A stretch of 64,000 nt of DNA from Chloroflexota bacterium (GCA_032128175.1 JAQBHC010000062.1:977-64976); one strand, 5' to 3'; shown: positions 1 to 9,190, numbered from the stretch's first letter. Notes: generated by a model from the letters alone, not told the origin. Program-made: numbers and translations.

Positions 1-1280
1 AACCCGCCGCTGATCGCCGTGATCGTCAGGGGATACGTGCCGCCGGGGGTCGGTGCGCCTGTCAGCGACGTTGCCACCGTCAGGGTTGCCGAGGTGCCCG
101 TAACGGGGGCGGCACTCAGCGTCGCCGTTGCGCCGGCCGGAAGGCCGGTCACGCTGAGGTCGATCGGCAACGTGAAGAAGGTGCGCGGCAGGCTGAGCTC
201 ATACGTTATTGAGGCGCCCGAGGGCAGTGTCGCGGTCAACGGGGTCGCGGAGAGCGAGAAGTCGACACCGTAGGTCACCGGCGTCAGGTCTGCGCCATTG
301 AACCGGTCGAGGTCGACGCAGCCGCTGATCCCCGGGACGGACCCGCAGTTGCTGTACTGCCAGAAGGTCCACCCGCGACTGGCCCAGTTGTTGGCTGGAA
401 CGCCGGCCCCGGCGACGAACCAGTGGGCGACCCACAGGATTCCGTAGCCCTGATCCGCGAAGACGGTCGTATCGGCCAGGTACTTCCTCCAGAAGCTCGG
501 GCTGACATAGATCATCGGCCGGACGCCAATGCGTGTGTAGACGCGGTCGAGCCACGCTCCGACCCATGCCTGCAGGCCGGCCGTTCCGAGCGTGCCGGCA
601 ACCTCGAGGTCGAGCGCGGGGACGAGCATGCCCGGGACGAGTCCGAGGTTGTCCACGAACCAGTCCGCCTCGCCCTGCGGGTTGGTCGGATTCAGATCCG
701 GGCGAGCGAAGTGGTAGGCCGTAATGGCCACGCCGGCGTTGGTCGCCCCGACCTTGTTCGAGAGGTACATCGGGTCGAGGAAGCCGATCCCTTCCGTGGC
801 CTTGGCGATGACGAAGCGCTTGTCCGCGTTGCGGAGGGCCACGTAGTCGATCGATCCCTGCCATCGCGACACGTCCACGCCCTCGATGAACACGGGCGAA
901 TCGAGCGGCCGGAAGAGGCCGCTGGCCGCGTAGAGCAGCGGGGCTCCGTAGAGCGACGCGACTGCCTGCCCATTGACGGCGGAGATTGCGTACCACGTTG
1001 AGCCCGCCACGAAGGAGCCGCAGGTTACCGACCAGGCGGCCCCGGGCACGATCTCCGTCCAGGTAATCACCGTACCGACGGGCATGATCGTGATCGCCGT
1101 GCTCGAAGTCGTCGGGAGCGTCCGCAGGGTCGCACCGCAATTCGCTGCGAGATCCGGATTCGCAGCGTGGGCCACGGGGGCGCCGAGGGGTGTCCCTGCG
1201 ACGGCCAGAAGGAGCGCGAGCGCTACGCCCAGCGCCGGTCGAACGAGGCCGCGCCGGGGAGTTGTTGGCCTACCGCTCAC
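1..1280 (-). CDS. Secreted GH25-family muramidase (lysozyme) with C-terminal Thr/Ala/Leu-rich beta-repeat (Ig-like) region; 3' end runs off the window
   Basis: Hand translation of the minus strand (codon first bases at positions congruent to 2 mod 3) gives a GTG start at 1280, a signal peptide (RRGLVRPALGVALALLLAVAGTPLGAPVAHAA), then GVDVSRWQGSIDYVALRNADKRFVIAKATEGIGFLDPMYLSNKVGATNAGVAITAYHFARP and WTFWQYSN, which are classic GH25 motifs. No stop codon occurs down to position 1. The ORF track omits it because no stop lies inside the window; the track ORFs 199..1140(-) and 423..1001(+) are Arg-rich wrong-frame artefacts. Confidence 0.75.
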   Translation of the reverse strand, partial: MSGRPTTPRRGLVRPALGVALALLLAVAGTPLGAPVAHAANPDLAANCGATLRTLPTTSSTAITIMPVGTVITWTEIVPGAAWSVTCGSFVAGSTWYAISAVNGQAVASLYGAPLLYAASGLFRPLDSPVFIEGVDVSRWQGSIDYVALRNADKRFVIAKATEGIGFLDPMYLSNKVGATNAGVAITAYHFARPDLNPTNPQGEADWFVDNLGLVPGMLVPALDLEVAGTLGTAGLQAWVGAWLDRVYTRIGVRPMIYVSPSFWRKYLADTTVFADQGYGILWVAHWFVAGAGVPANNWASRGWTFWQYSNCGSVPGISGCVDLDRFNGADLTPVTYGVDFSLSATPLTATLPSGASITYELSLPRTFFTLPIDLSVTGLPAGATATLSAAPVTGTSATLTVATSLTGAPTPGGTYPLTITAISGG

Positions 1281-1870
1281 GGCGTCCAGGGCTGCATGGC
1301 GATGGTCCCGGGGGTGCCCGCCGATCCGAGGCACGGCGGCAGCCCGCTCGTGTCGCCAGCGGATACCGGGGCGCCCACAACGCGTCCGCCTTCGGGCGGG
1401 AAGACGAACGCGACTGCAACCGGCGGCGCTGGATCCGGGCCACAGTAATTCGACGCCTGGACGAGGGTTTCGAGCTTGTCCCCGGGTTCTACGACGAGCG
1501 TCTCGGACGGCGAAGCCTCCGCGCCATCGATCAGGACCGCGCCCGAGCCGTCGATGAGCTGCGGCTGTGCCAACGCGAGCACGGTGCACGCGACCGTGCC
1601 CGAGTTGAGCAGTTCAATCTGGCCGATCCGAGACCCAGCGGCCCCTTCCCACCCGATTACCTGCACGGTGAGAGCCGTCGGTGCGCAGTGCATGAGCCCT
1701 GCCTGGGCCGGATCCGGCAGTGCGGCCGGAGCGGCCACTGGCGGCGTCGGCGGTGCTGGATTCGGCCCGGCGGATGTGGCGCAGGCGCTCGCCACGGCAC
1801 CAATCAGCAGCACGGCGAGCAGCCGTGCGCTGGGGCCAAGGGGCGACCGGACGAACACCGGAGCTTCCAT
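1277..1870 (-). CDS. DUF4232-like secreted lipoprotein (hypothetical)
   Basis: A start at the internal Met (MEAPVFVRSPLGPSARLLAVLLIGAVASAC) gives a lipoprotein signal with an ASAC lipobox. The Pro/Ala linker is followed by LLNSGTVACTVLALAQP, which is DUF4232-like. There is a 4-nt overlap with the GH25 start, so the two are translationally coupled. Confidence 0.5.
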   Translation of the reverse strand: MEAPVFVRSPLGPSARLLAVLLIGAVASACATSAGPNPAPPTPPVAAPAALPDPAQAGLMHCAPTALTVQVIGWEGAAGSRIGQIELLNSGTVACTVLALAQPQLIDGSGAVLIDGAEASPSETLVVEPGDKLETLVQASNYCGPDPAPPVAVAFVFPPEGGRVVGAPVSAGDTSGLPPCLGSAGTPGTIAMQPWTP

Positions 1871-1951
1871 GTCGTCACAGCCTACACGGGGCGCAGAACC
1901 TGCCCACTGACCCGAAGGTCCTGTTGCCATTCGCACGGACCCCGGAATGAA

Positions 1952-4771
1952 CTAGCCGGCCTGTGCCCGGATCGCCGCGCGGACCCGGTCTGGGGTCGCC
2001 GGCAGGCGGGTGATGCGCACCCCCGTGGCATCCCGAATCGCGCCCAGGATGGCGGGTGCGGTGGGGACGAGGGCAGGCTCCCCCACGCCCTTCGCCCCGT
2101 ACGGACCTGCCGGCTCCTCGTCCTCGATCAGGAGACACACGATGTCGGGCGCATCGCCGATCGTCGGGATCAGGTAGTCGTGGAGGTTCTCGGTCCGGCC
2201 AGGGATGTACTCCTCCATGAGCGCGAAACCGATGCCCTGGGCGATTCCACCATGGATCTGACCCTCGACCTGGGTCGGGTTGATGGCCCGGCCGACATCA
2301 TGCGCGGCGACGATCTGAATGACTCGTGTCGTGCCAAGTTCGAGGTCCACTTCGACCATGGCGATCTGCGCCCCGAACGCATAGGTCTCGTAGGGGTCGC
2401 CCTGACCGTCCGCGTCGAGCGGCGTGGTTTTCGGGTCATAGAAGCCGCGGCCGACGAGCACCGCGGCCGCAGCGGCGTCGTGAGCCGGGACGAGCGGCAG
2501 CTCGGCCAGGTTGATGACCACGGGCGCTCCGTTTGGCTCGATCACGATCGCTCGCCCTGGCCCGAGTTCGATCGCGGCTTCTCCCGGCACCTCCGCGAGC
2601 TGCAGGATCTGGCGTCGAAGGTCGTCGCCGGCGAGCCGCGCGGCGTTGCCCGAGACGAATGTCTGCCGGCTCGCGGACGACTTGCCCGCGTCGGCCGTCC
2701 GATCCGTATCACCCGATACGAGCTGAATCGTGGCCGCCGGCACGCCCAGTGCGTCGGCGGCGATCTGGACCATGACGGTCGAGGCGCCCTGGCCGATATC
2801 GACCGCGCCCGAGTAGAGCGTCGGGACCCCGTCTCGCCCGATGCCCAGCTCCAGGGTGGAAGGGTTGGTCATCGAGGTATTCCCGATCCCGTACCACATG
2901 GCGCCGAGACCGACGCCTCGTCGACGAGGATCCCGGCGGCCGGCGGCCTCCGCGTTCCACGCGGCTGCGTCGGCCCGCAGCCGTGCCCAGTGGGGTCGCA
3001 GCGCATCCAGGCATCCAGGCAGGCCGGCGCTGGCGTGCAGGATCTGCCCGGTCGCCGTGATCGAGCCAGCGCGGAGCGCATTCCGCTGACGGATCTCGAG
3101 CAGGTCGATGCCGAGCTGCGTCGCCAGATCGTCCATCAGCGCCTCGTGGGCGAGTGCTGCCTGCGGGACGCCGAACCCGCGGAACGCGCCGGCGGGCGGG
3201 TTGTTCGTATGGATCGCTCGGGACGTCGCGAGGACATTCGGTACGGCATATGGGCCCATCGCGTGCACTGGCACGCGGTTCGCCACGGTCGGACCCCATG
3301 AGGCGTAGGCCCCGGTATCGAAGTCGCCGTGGAAGCGAAGACCGATCAGGCGACCATCTGCCCCGGCCGACGCGGATGCCCGGATCCGCGCGGGATGGCG
3401 CTTGGGGCTGGCGGCCATCGATTCGGGTCGACTCCAGACCGCGCGCACGGGCCGGTCGAGCAACCAGGCGGCTGTGGCGATCAGCGGATGCACCGACAGG
3501 TCGAGTTTGCCGCCAAACCCGCCGCCACAGGCAGACGGGACGATCCGCACGTCAGCGGGCGCAATCCCCAGGATGAGCGCGACCTCGTCGCGGTCCATGT
3601 ACGGCGTCTGGGTGCTCACGAAGAGCTCAATGCGCTCGCCGATTCGGCGCGCATAGCCGGCCTCGGGCTCGATGTAGGCGTGTTCCACGAACCCGGTCTC
3701 AATCTCGACGGCGGCGGTCGCCGCGGCCCCGGCGATGGCGGCCCCGTCGGTGAGTTGGGTGAGGTCGCCCCGGGCGACACGGCCGCTGATCAGAACGTTT
3801 CCGGGAGCGTGATCGTGAAGGCGAGGCGCGCCCTCGGCCCGCGCGGCCGTCATGTCCGCGAGGGGCTGCAACGGCTCCCAGTGGATCGGCACCTCTGCAT
3901 CGTCGATCGTTTCGAGGACTGCTTCGTCGGCCACCAGCGCGCAGACTGCCTCGCCGCGATGACGGACCTCGCCTTCGGCGAGCACCGGCTGATCCTTGCC
4001 CGTCGCGTAGATGCCGTAGCGGTTCTGGCCGGGCACATCGGCCGCCGTCAGGACGCGGACCAGGCCAGGGTGGCGATTGAACAGCGGGCCGAGGTCTCCG
4101 ATCGTGAAACGCGCCCGGGCATGGGGCGAGCGAACCGCCCGAACGGCCAGCATGCGGTCGGGCCGCGCGTCCGATCCAAAGACTGCTGTCCCACTGACTC
4201 GAGCAATCCCATCGACCTTCGGGAGGCGGGCGCCGACGGCACCTCCAGCGGCCGGATCCCGCTCCGCTCGAACCGGGGCCTCGGCGGCGACGGCAGCAGC
4301 GACCACGGCCTCGACGATCTTCTGGTAGCCAGTGCATCGGCACAGCACGCCCCCAAGCGCGTCTTCGATCTCCGGCCGTGCCGGAACCGGCGATCGCTCC
4401 AGCAGTTCGTCGGCGGCCATGAGCATGCCCGGGGTGCAAATCCCACATTGCGCGGCACCCGCCGCGAGGAAAGCCTGCTGGAGTGCCGCAAGGTCGTCGA
4501 ATTCCAGCGGCGACCCGACCACACCCGGGCGCGCAAGGCCCTCGACGGTCCGCACGTCGGCGCCCGCAGCCTGCGCTGCCGGGACGAGGCACGCACAGAC
4601 CTGTCGGCCATCCAGCCGAACGGTGCAGGCGCCACAGTCACCCGCGTTGCATCCGATCTTCGTCCCGATGAGACCGAGGTCGTCACGAAGGACGTCGGAC
4701 AATCGGCGCATCGGATCGAGCTCAAGGTCCACCGCCGATCCGTTGACCGTGAAGCTGATCCAGGCGGTCAT
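1952..4771 (-). CDS. Xanthine dehydrogenase/CO dehydrogenase-family molybdoenzyme, fused small (2Fe-2S, CoxS-like) and large (molybdopterin, CoxL-like) subunits
   Basis: The N-terminal region has CNAGDCGACTV and CGICTPG, the two [2Fe-2S] motifs. The C-terminal region has GGGFGGK and AFRGFGVPQ, typical of the Mo-binding large subunit. The likely start is the Met at 4771 (MTAWISFTVNG), which makes an ATGA overlap with the upstream FAD-subunit gene. Confidence 0.8.
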   Translation of the reverse strand: MTAWISFTVNGSAVDLELDPMRRLSDVLRDDLGLIGTKIGCNAGDCGACTVRLDGRQVCACLVPAAQAAGADVRTVEGLARPGVVGSPLEFDDLAALQQAFLAAGAAQCGICTPGMLMAADELLERSPVPARPEIEDALGGVLCRCTGYQKIVEAVVAAAVAAEAPVRAERDPAAGGAVGARLPKVDGIARVSGTAVFGSDARPDRMLAVRAVRSPHARARFTIGDLGPLFNRHPGLVRVLTAADVPGQNRYGIYATGKDQPVLAEGEVRHRGEAVCALVADEAVLETIDDAEVPIHWEPLQPLADMTAARAEGAPRLHDHAPGNVLISGRVARGDLTQLTDGAAIAGAAATAAVEIETGFVEHAYIEPEAGYARRIGERIELFVSTQTPYMDRDEVALILGIAPADVRIVPSACGGGFGGKLDLSVHPLIATAAWLLDRPVRAVWSRPESMAASPKRHPARIRASASAGADGRLIGLRFHGDFDTGAYASWGPTVANRVPVHAMGPYAVPNVLATSRAIHTNNPPAGAFRGFGVPQAALAHEALMDDLATQLGIDLLEIRQRNALRAGSITATGQILHASAGLPGCLDALRPHWARLRADAAAWNAEAAGRRDPRRRGVGLGAMWYGIGNTSMTNPSTLELGIGRDGVPTLYSGAVDIGQGASTVMVQIAADALGVPAATIQLVSGDTDRTADAGKSSASRQTFVSGNAARLAGDDLRRQILQLAEVPGEAAIELGPGRAIVIEPNGAPVVINLAELPLVPAHDAAAAAVLVGRGFYDPKTTPLDADGQGDPYETYAFGAQIAMVEVDLELGTTRVIQIVAAHDVGRAINPTQVEGQIHGGIAQGIGFALMEEYIPGRTENLHDYLIPTIGDAPDIVCLLIEDEEPAGPYGAKGVGEPALVPTAPAILGAIRDATGVRITRLPATPDRVRAAIRAQAG

Positions 4772-5628
4772 GCCACGAGCTCCTCGAGGGCCCGCCGAAC
4801 GAGGGTTTCGGCTGCTTCCCGGCGATAGGTGGCGCTGCCGCGCACATCGCCAATCGGCGAGAGAGCTGCCAGGTGCTCGGGCCGGACGGCGTTCCCCAGG
4901 CCGGGCTGTGCGGGCAGGCCTGCGAGAGCCTGCTCGAGCGTGCCAAGCCGCTGTGCTACGGCCGAGCACGCGCCGACGGCCACGCGGGCCTTCTTGACCC
5001 GGCCGGTCGAGTCACGCGCCAGGACAACGGCGACCATCGCGATCGAGATCACCAGGTACGCCCGCGAACCCAGCTTGAGGAACGTCGAGCGAGTGCCGGC
5101 ATCACCATCGACGGACCCCTCGACGCGTACGCCGCTGACGAGCTCGTCGGCTGCCCGGACCGTCGTGCGGTTTCCCGTGACGAACTCCGCGACGGGAATC
5201 CGGCGTTCCCCCCGTGACGACGCCAGGACCACGACCGCGTCGAGGGCGAGCAGGTTCGGTGTTCCGTCCGCGGCGGGCGACGCGTTGCACAGGTTGCCGA
5301 TCACCGTCGCTCGATTCTGGATCTGGAGCCCGCCGATCGTGCGCGCGGCCGCCTGCAGGCCCGCGAACAGGGGCGGCAACGGCGCCGTCGCGAGGTCCGT
5401 CCAGGTCGCCAGCGCCGGGATCAGCCACCCGCCGTCCAGCGGTCGGATCAGGCGACTCTCGGCGAGCCCGCTGATGTCGAGGATGTCCTCGTCCAGAACG
5501 CGCCCGACGCGAGCCGGGTAGTGGTCCGTGGCGCCCGCCACGATGACCCGCGGCCGGCCTTCAGCGAGCCCCAACGAGAGCGCGTCCAGCGCTTCAGTGA
5601 CGGATCGCGGGCAGAGGTAGGTGCCCAT
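4768..5628 (-). CDS. Molybdopterin-dehydrogenase FAD-binding subunit (CoxM/XdhB-like)
   Basis: VIVAGATDHY (a GGTD-like FAD motif), LIPALATWTDL and IGNLCNASPAADG are typical of CoxM-type medium subunits. Confidence 0.8.
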   Translation of the reverse strand: MGTYLCPRSVTEALDALSLGLAEGRPRVIVAGATDHYPARVGRVLDEDILDISGLAESRLIRPLDGGWLIPALATWTDLATAPLPPLFAGLQAAARTIGGLQIQNRATVIGNLCNASPAADGTPNLLALDAVVVLASSRGERRIPVAEFVTGNRTTVRAADELVSGVRVEGSVDGDAGTRSTFLKLGSRAYLVISIAMVAVVLARDSTGRVKKARVAVGACSAVAQRLGTLEQALAGLPAQPGLGNAVRPEHLAALSPIGDVRGSATYRREAAETLVRRALEELVA

Positions 5629-5640
5629 GACCGGCCGGGG

Positions 5641-6624
5641 TTACTCGACGACCAGCGGCAGGACCCGCTCCGCGAGCTGCTCGAGGTTCGCCAGCTCCCA
5701 GTTCAGGGGGTTGAGGATCAAGTGATCCACGCCGCCGAGTGCGCCGACCTTGGCCCGAATCTTTTCGGCCACCTCGTCCGCCTCGCCGAGAAGGTAGTAC
5801 TGACGCCAGTAGTCCAGGTCCATGCCCGAATAGACCGAGAAGAGTGGCGCGGCGTCGGCTGGATCCTGCCCGGGCTCGAGAATGTGCACGAAATTCGAAT
5901 AAACCTTCGAGAGCTCCTCGGGTCGGCGCCCGAGCTCGACCATGTATTCGCTGATGGCCGCCCAGTCCTCGGCGACCATCTCAGCCGTGGCTGACGAGTG
6001 CGGGACCCACGTCGTTGCGTAGCGGGCGATCCGACGGAGGACCGGCTCGATCGAGGGAACCTCATGGCCGTAGATCCTCGAGGAAGGCTGCGTACCGCCG
6101 CCGATCCAGATCGGCGGATGGGGTTGCTGGACGGGCTTCGGAAACACGGACAGGTCGTGGAATTGATAGAAGCGGCCCTCGTAGGTCACGTGGTCGCCCG
6201 CCCACAGGGCCGTGATCGCCTCGAGCATCTCGGTCATCCTGCGACCGCGCTCGCGGTACGGAATCCGCAGGGCCGCAAACTCCGCCTCGTTCCAGCCGAC
6301 GCCGACGCCGAGCACGGATCGGCCACCCGACAGCACATCGAGGGTCGCCCACTCCTTCGCGAACGCCACGGGGTCGCGGAACGGAAGGACGAGGACCATC
6401 GTTCCCAGGCGCATCGTGCGGGTCACCCCGGCCAGGGCGCTCAGCAGCGCCACGGGCTCGAGCCATGCGACACGGTAGGCGGGCGATGCGACGAGCAGGT
6501 GATCGATGAGCATCGCCGTCTCGAAGCCGAGATCTTCGGCGCGGCGCAAGTAGGCCCCCATCTCGGCGAGGGAGGGCCCGCCAGAGGCAAGCGCGAACGA
6601 CGGAAGGCGCAGACCGAACTTCAT
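5641..6624 (-). CDS. LLM-class (luciferase-like) flavin/F420-dependent oxidoreductase
   Basis: MKFGLRLPSF...LGFETAMLIDHLLV...GLGVGWNEAEF matches the LLM-family TIM-barrel signature. I chose the internal start at MKFGL. Confidence 0.75.
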   Translation of the reverse strand: MKFGLRLPSFALASGGPSLAEMGAYLRRAEDLGFETAMLIDHLLVASPAYRVAWLEPVALLSALAGVTRTMRLGTMVLVLPFRDPVAFAKEWATLDVLSGGRSVLGVGVGWNEAEFAALRIPYRERGRRMTEMLEAITALWAGDHVTYEGRFYQFHDLSVFPKPVQQPHPPIWIGGGTQPSSRIYGHEVPSIEPVLRRIARYATTWVPHSSATAEMVAEDWAAISEYMVELGRRPEELSKVYSNFVHILEPGQDPADAAPLFSVYSGMDLDYWRQYYLLGEADEVAEKIRAKVGALGGVDHLILNPLNWELANLEQLAERVLPLVVE

Positions 6625-6631
6625 CGCCAGG

Positions 6632-7819
6632 TCAGTGGCCCTGGGACGCCGGGCCGGAACTGCCGACGATCTCGGCCGCGCGCCCTGCTGGTGCCGTGTT
6701 CCGGCTGCGTCCGACGCGAACCTCCCCATCGATGAGGATCATGGAGATCCCGGGCAGGTCGCCGATCGCCAGGGCGCCGAGGGCGGTGGATGCGGCCGAT
6801 CCGATCGGCGCGTCCACGAGACAGATGTCCGCCGCGCGACCGGGCTCGATCCGCCCCACGTCGAGGCCGTGGACCCGCGCCGTGTTGCCCGTGGCCATGG
6901 CCACGGCCACTTCAGGTGCAATGCCCCCGAGCGACGCCAGGTGGGCCATCGTCCGAAGGATTCCGAGCGGGACGACGCCGGTCCCCGAGGGCGCGTCGTT
7001 GCCGATGATGACCCGCTCGAGGCCAGTCAACTCGCCGGCGAGCCGGGCGGCGAGGAGCGCAGCCCGCCCATTCCCGCAATGCACGATTTCGATGGCCATA
7101 TCGCTGGCCACCAGCCGCTCGATGTCACGATCCGGCAGCGCTGTTGTCCCGCCATTGATGTGCCCGATCACGTGCGGCCGTGCCTCCAGCACCTCGTCGG
7201 CGCCGATGGCGCTCGATCCCGCGATCGACGGGCCGCCGGTGTGGAAGGTGACCGTCATTCCATGCTGCTTCGCCCAGACCACCATCGGCGCGGCCTGCGC
7301 GCCGGTCTTGACACTTCCCAGGCCGATCTCCCCGACCAGTCGCACGCCCGCCGACGCCATCTCGGCGAAGTCGTGCTCCTCGAGTCCAAGCTCGAGGATG
7401 GGGGCCCCGGCGTGGACCTTGACGCCGGCCGGACGCAGGTTCTGGTAGCTCTTCGAGGCCACGATCGCGAGCGCTTTCAGCCCGACCACGTCCTTGGGCC
7501 GGCCGGGGAGGTGGACTTCGCCCGCCGAGATCACGGTGGTGACGCCGCCATGGAGGCCCGATTCAATGAAGTCGATCGTGCGCTGGCGCGGACTGAAGTC
7601 TCCGAACACGGGGTGGGCGTGCGAGTCGATCAGCCCGGGAATGGCAGTGCTCCCGTGCGCATCGATGACCTGCTCGATGGGCGGTTCAATCCCCTGCCCC
7701 AGATCCCGACCGACGCCCATGATGCGCCCGTCCTCGATGAGGATTTCATCGCCCTCGGCAAGCGGCCGGCTGATGTCGCCGGTCACGATGGCGCCCAGAT
7801 TACGGATCAGCGTGCGCAT
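6632..7819 (-). CDS. Metal-dependent amidohydrolase (enamidase/imidazolonepropionase-like)
   Basis: GLIDSHAHPVFGDF is the HxH metal motif, there is a later HCGNG, and the length is about 395 aa. I chose the internal start at MRTLIRNLGAIVTGD. Confidence 0.7.
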   Translation of the reverse strand: MRTLIRNLGAIVTGDISRPLAEGDEILIEDGRIMGVGRDLGQGIEPPIEQVIDAHGSTAIPGLIDSHAHPVFGDFSPRQRTIDFIESGLHGGVTTVISAGEVHLPGRPKDVVGLKALAIVASKSYQNLRPAGVKVHAGAPILELGLEEHDFAEMASAGVRLVGEIGLGSVKTGAQAAPMVVWAKQHGMTVTFHTGGPSIAGSSAIGADEVLEARPHVIGHINGGTTALPDRDIERLVASDMAIEIVHCGNGRAALLAARLAGELTGLERVIIGNDAPSGTGVVPLGILRTMAHLASLGGIAPEVAVAMATGNTARVHGLDVGRIEPGRAADICLVDAPIGSAASTALGALAIGDLPGISMILIDGEVRVGRSRNTAPAGRAAEIVGSSGPASQGH

Positions 7820-7844
7820 CGCCCTCCCGTCCGCCCGTCCGGGC

Positions 7845-8417
7845 CTAGTGGAGACCGTCTTCGCCGACGACGTCCTCGGCGCGCAGCCCGCCGACGCGAG
7901 CGTGCGGTCGCCCGCCATCGCTCACCGCCAGGACGAGGAGGAGCTCGTCGGAAGCGGGCGCGTCGGGCACACGGACCTCGATGGCATCGAAGTGACTGCG
8001 CACGAGCATCGCCTTGATATGGTGAATCGGGACGTCCAGCGATGCACCCATGGCGGCACGCTTCTTCACCGACGGCAGGATCGAGACGCCGCCGACACGA
8101 CCCCGCGTCGGCGCCCCGAACTTGGGGTGAAGGACCGCGGCCACGTGCTCGACTTCGCCTTGCTCCCCGACGATCCCGCCCTTGCCGTAGGCCTCGACCG
8201 GCGTCCCGAGAGCCTCCTGGCAGCGCCGCATCAATTCGTCGCCGAGGAATTCGCCCAGATCGATCAACTCGCTCAGGTCGTCCGGGTTCGCCCCGGCATA
8301 CGGATTCTTGACCACGACGCCCACGGCGACGCGCCGAAGCGGCCGCGCGAGGGGCTTGCCGCCCTCGACGAGGATCTCCTCGACGAACGTTACCCACTTG
8401 CGAATCGTCACGGCCAT
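7845..8417 (-). CDS. DUF1185 / 'amino-acid synthesis'-family-like protein (tentative)
   Basis: A 190-aa protein lying co-directionally upstream of the amidohydrolase. The family assignment is from memory of sequence style only and is weak. Confidence 0.35.
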   Translation of the reverse strand: MAVTIRKWVTFVEEILVEGGKPLARPLRRVAVGVVVKNPYAGANPDDLSELIDLGEFLGDELMRRCQEALGTPVEAYGKGGIVGEQGEVEHVAAVLHPKFGAPTRGRVGGVSILPSVKKRAAMGASLDVPIHHIKAMLVRSHFDAIEVRVPDAPASDELLLVLAVSDGGRPHARVGGLRAEDVVGEDGLH

Positions 8418-8578
8418 CGCACCCTCCTCGTGCTCTGCGGCGATGTCGCGAGTCTAGCGCCCGGGGGAGACTCGGGCTGCTGGATCGGTCGAAAGGTGGT
8501 CATACCAGCATGTCCGGGCCAGAGACGCGTACGATGAGTGGATCGTCCCGCCGTCGGGACGGCACGAATCGAGGAACG

Positions 8579-8836
8579 ATGACCAAACATTCGAATTTCG
8601 AGCGCCAGCGTCGCGCCACTGAAACCGCCCGAATCCAGGAAATCGAGCGCGCCTGGCAGGGCAGCATCCCCGCCCCGCTCGCCGCCGAGTTCACGGCCGT
8701 CGTTCGCGCGGCCAAGGAGCGTGGCCCGCAGGCCCGCCCGCCGGACATGGCCCCTGGCACGGCGCCCCGGCCTCCGCGGCCCGGCCATGAGCCCAAACCC
8801 AAGAAGGACGACGCAACCGCGCGTCGCCGGTACTAG
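8579..8836 (+). CDS. Hypothetical small protein with helical N-terminus and Pro/basic-rich tail
   Basis: The sequence GAGGAA is followed 1-2 nt later by an ATG at 8579 (MTKHSNFERQRR...). The reading frame ends at a TAG at 8834-8836. Confidence 0.4.
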   Translation: MTKHSNFERQRRATETARIQEIERAWQGSIPAPLAAEFTAVVRAAKERGPQARPPDMAPGTAPRPPRPGHEPKPKKDDATARRRY

Positions 8837-8839
8837 CCG

Positions 8840-9190
8840 ATGCGTCGCCGCAAGGTCACCTATCCGCCGCCGAAGACCGCGACGAAGGGGCCCCCGCCGC
8901 TGCTCGGCGCCAATGACCCTCGCAACCCGGCTGGCCGCACTGTCTCGATCAACCTGTCCGCGGTCGTGGGCAAGAAGTCGATCGGGCTCGGCGACCGGGT
9001 CCGCATCCTCAGCGGCCTCTATGTCGGCGAAGATGCCGTCGTCGAATCCGTGTCCGGTGGGGTGATCCCGGCGGTCATGGTGCGCACCGAATCGGGCCGG
9101 ACTCGACGCTCGCGAACCATCGACCTCGAGCCCATCCGGCCGGGCAGCCCGGCGGTCGACGGCACGGCAGAGCTGCCGACCGAATCCTGA
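8840..9190 (+). CDS. Hypothetical protein with SH3-like/KOW-like small beta-barrel motif (DUF2158/YodC-like)
   Basis: GDRVRILSGLYVGEDAVVESV...VMVRTESG resembles small SH3-like barrels. It is in the same frame as the preceding ORF, one codon after that ORF's TAG. Confidence 0.4.
   Translation: MRRRKVTYPPPKTATKGPPPLLGANDPRNPAGRTVSINLSAVVGKKSIGLGDRVRILSGLYVGEDAVVESVSGGVIPAVMVRTESGRTRRSRTIDLEPIRPGSPAVDGTAELPTES

Noticed and set aside
199-1140. Track ORFs 199..1140(-), 423..1001(+) and 973..1557(+) as genes
   Set aside because: They are extremely Arg/Pro/Gly-rich wrong-frame translations typical of high-GC DNA. The real gene is the GH25 muramidase in the third minus-strand frame.
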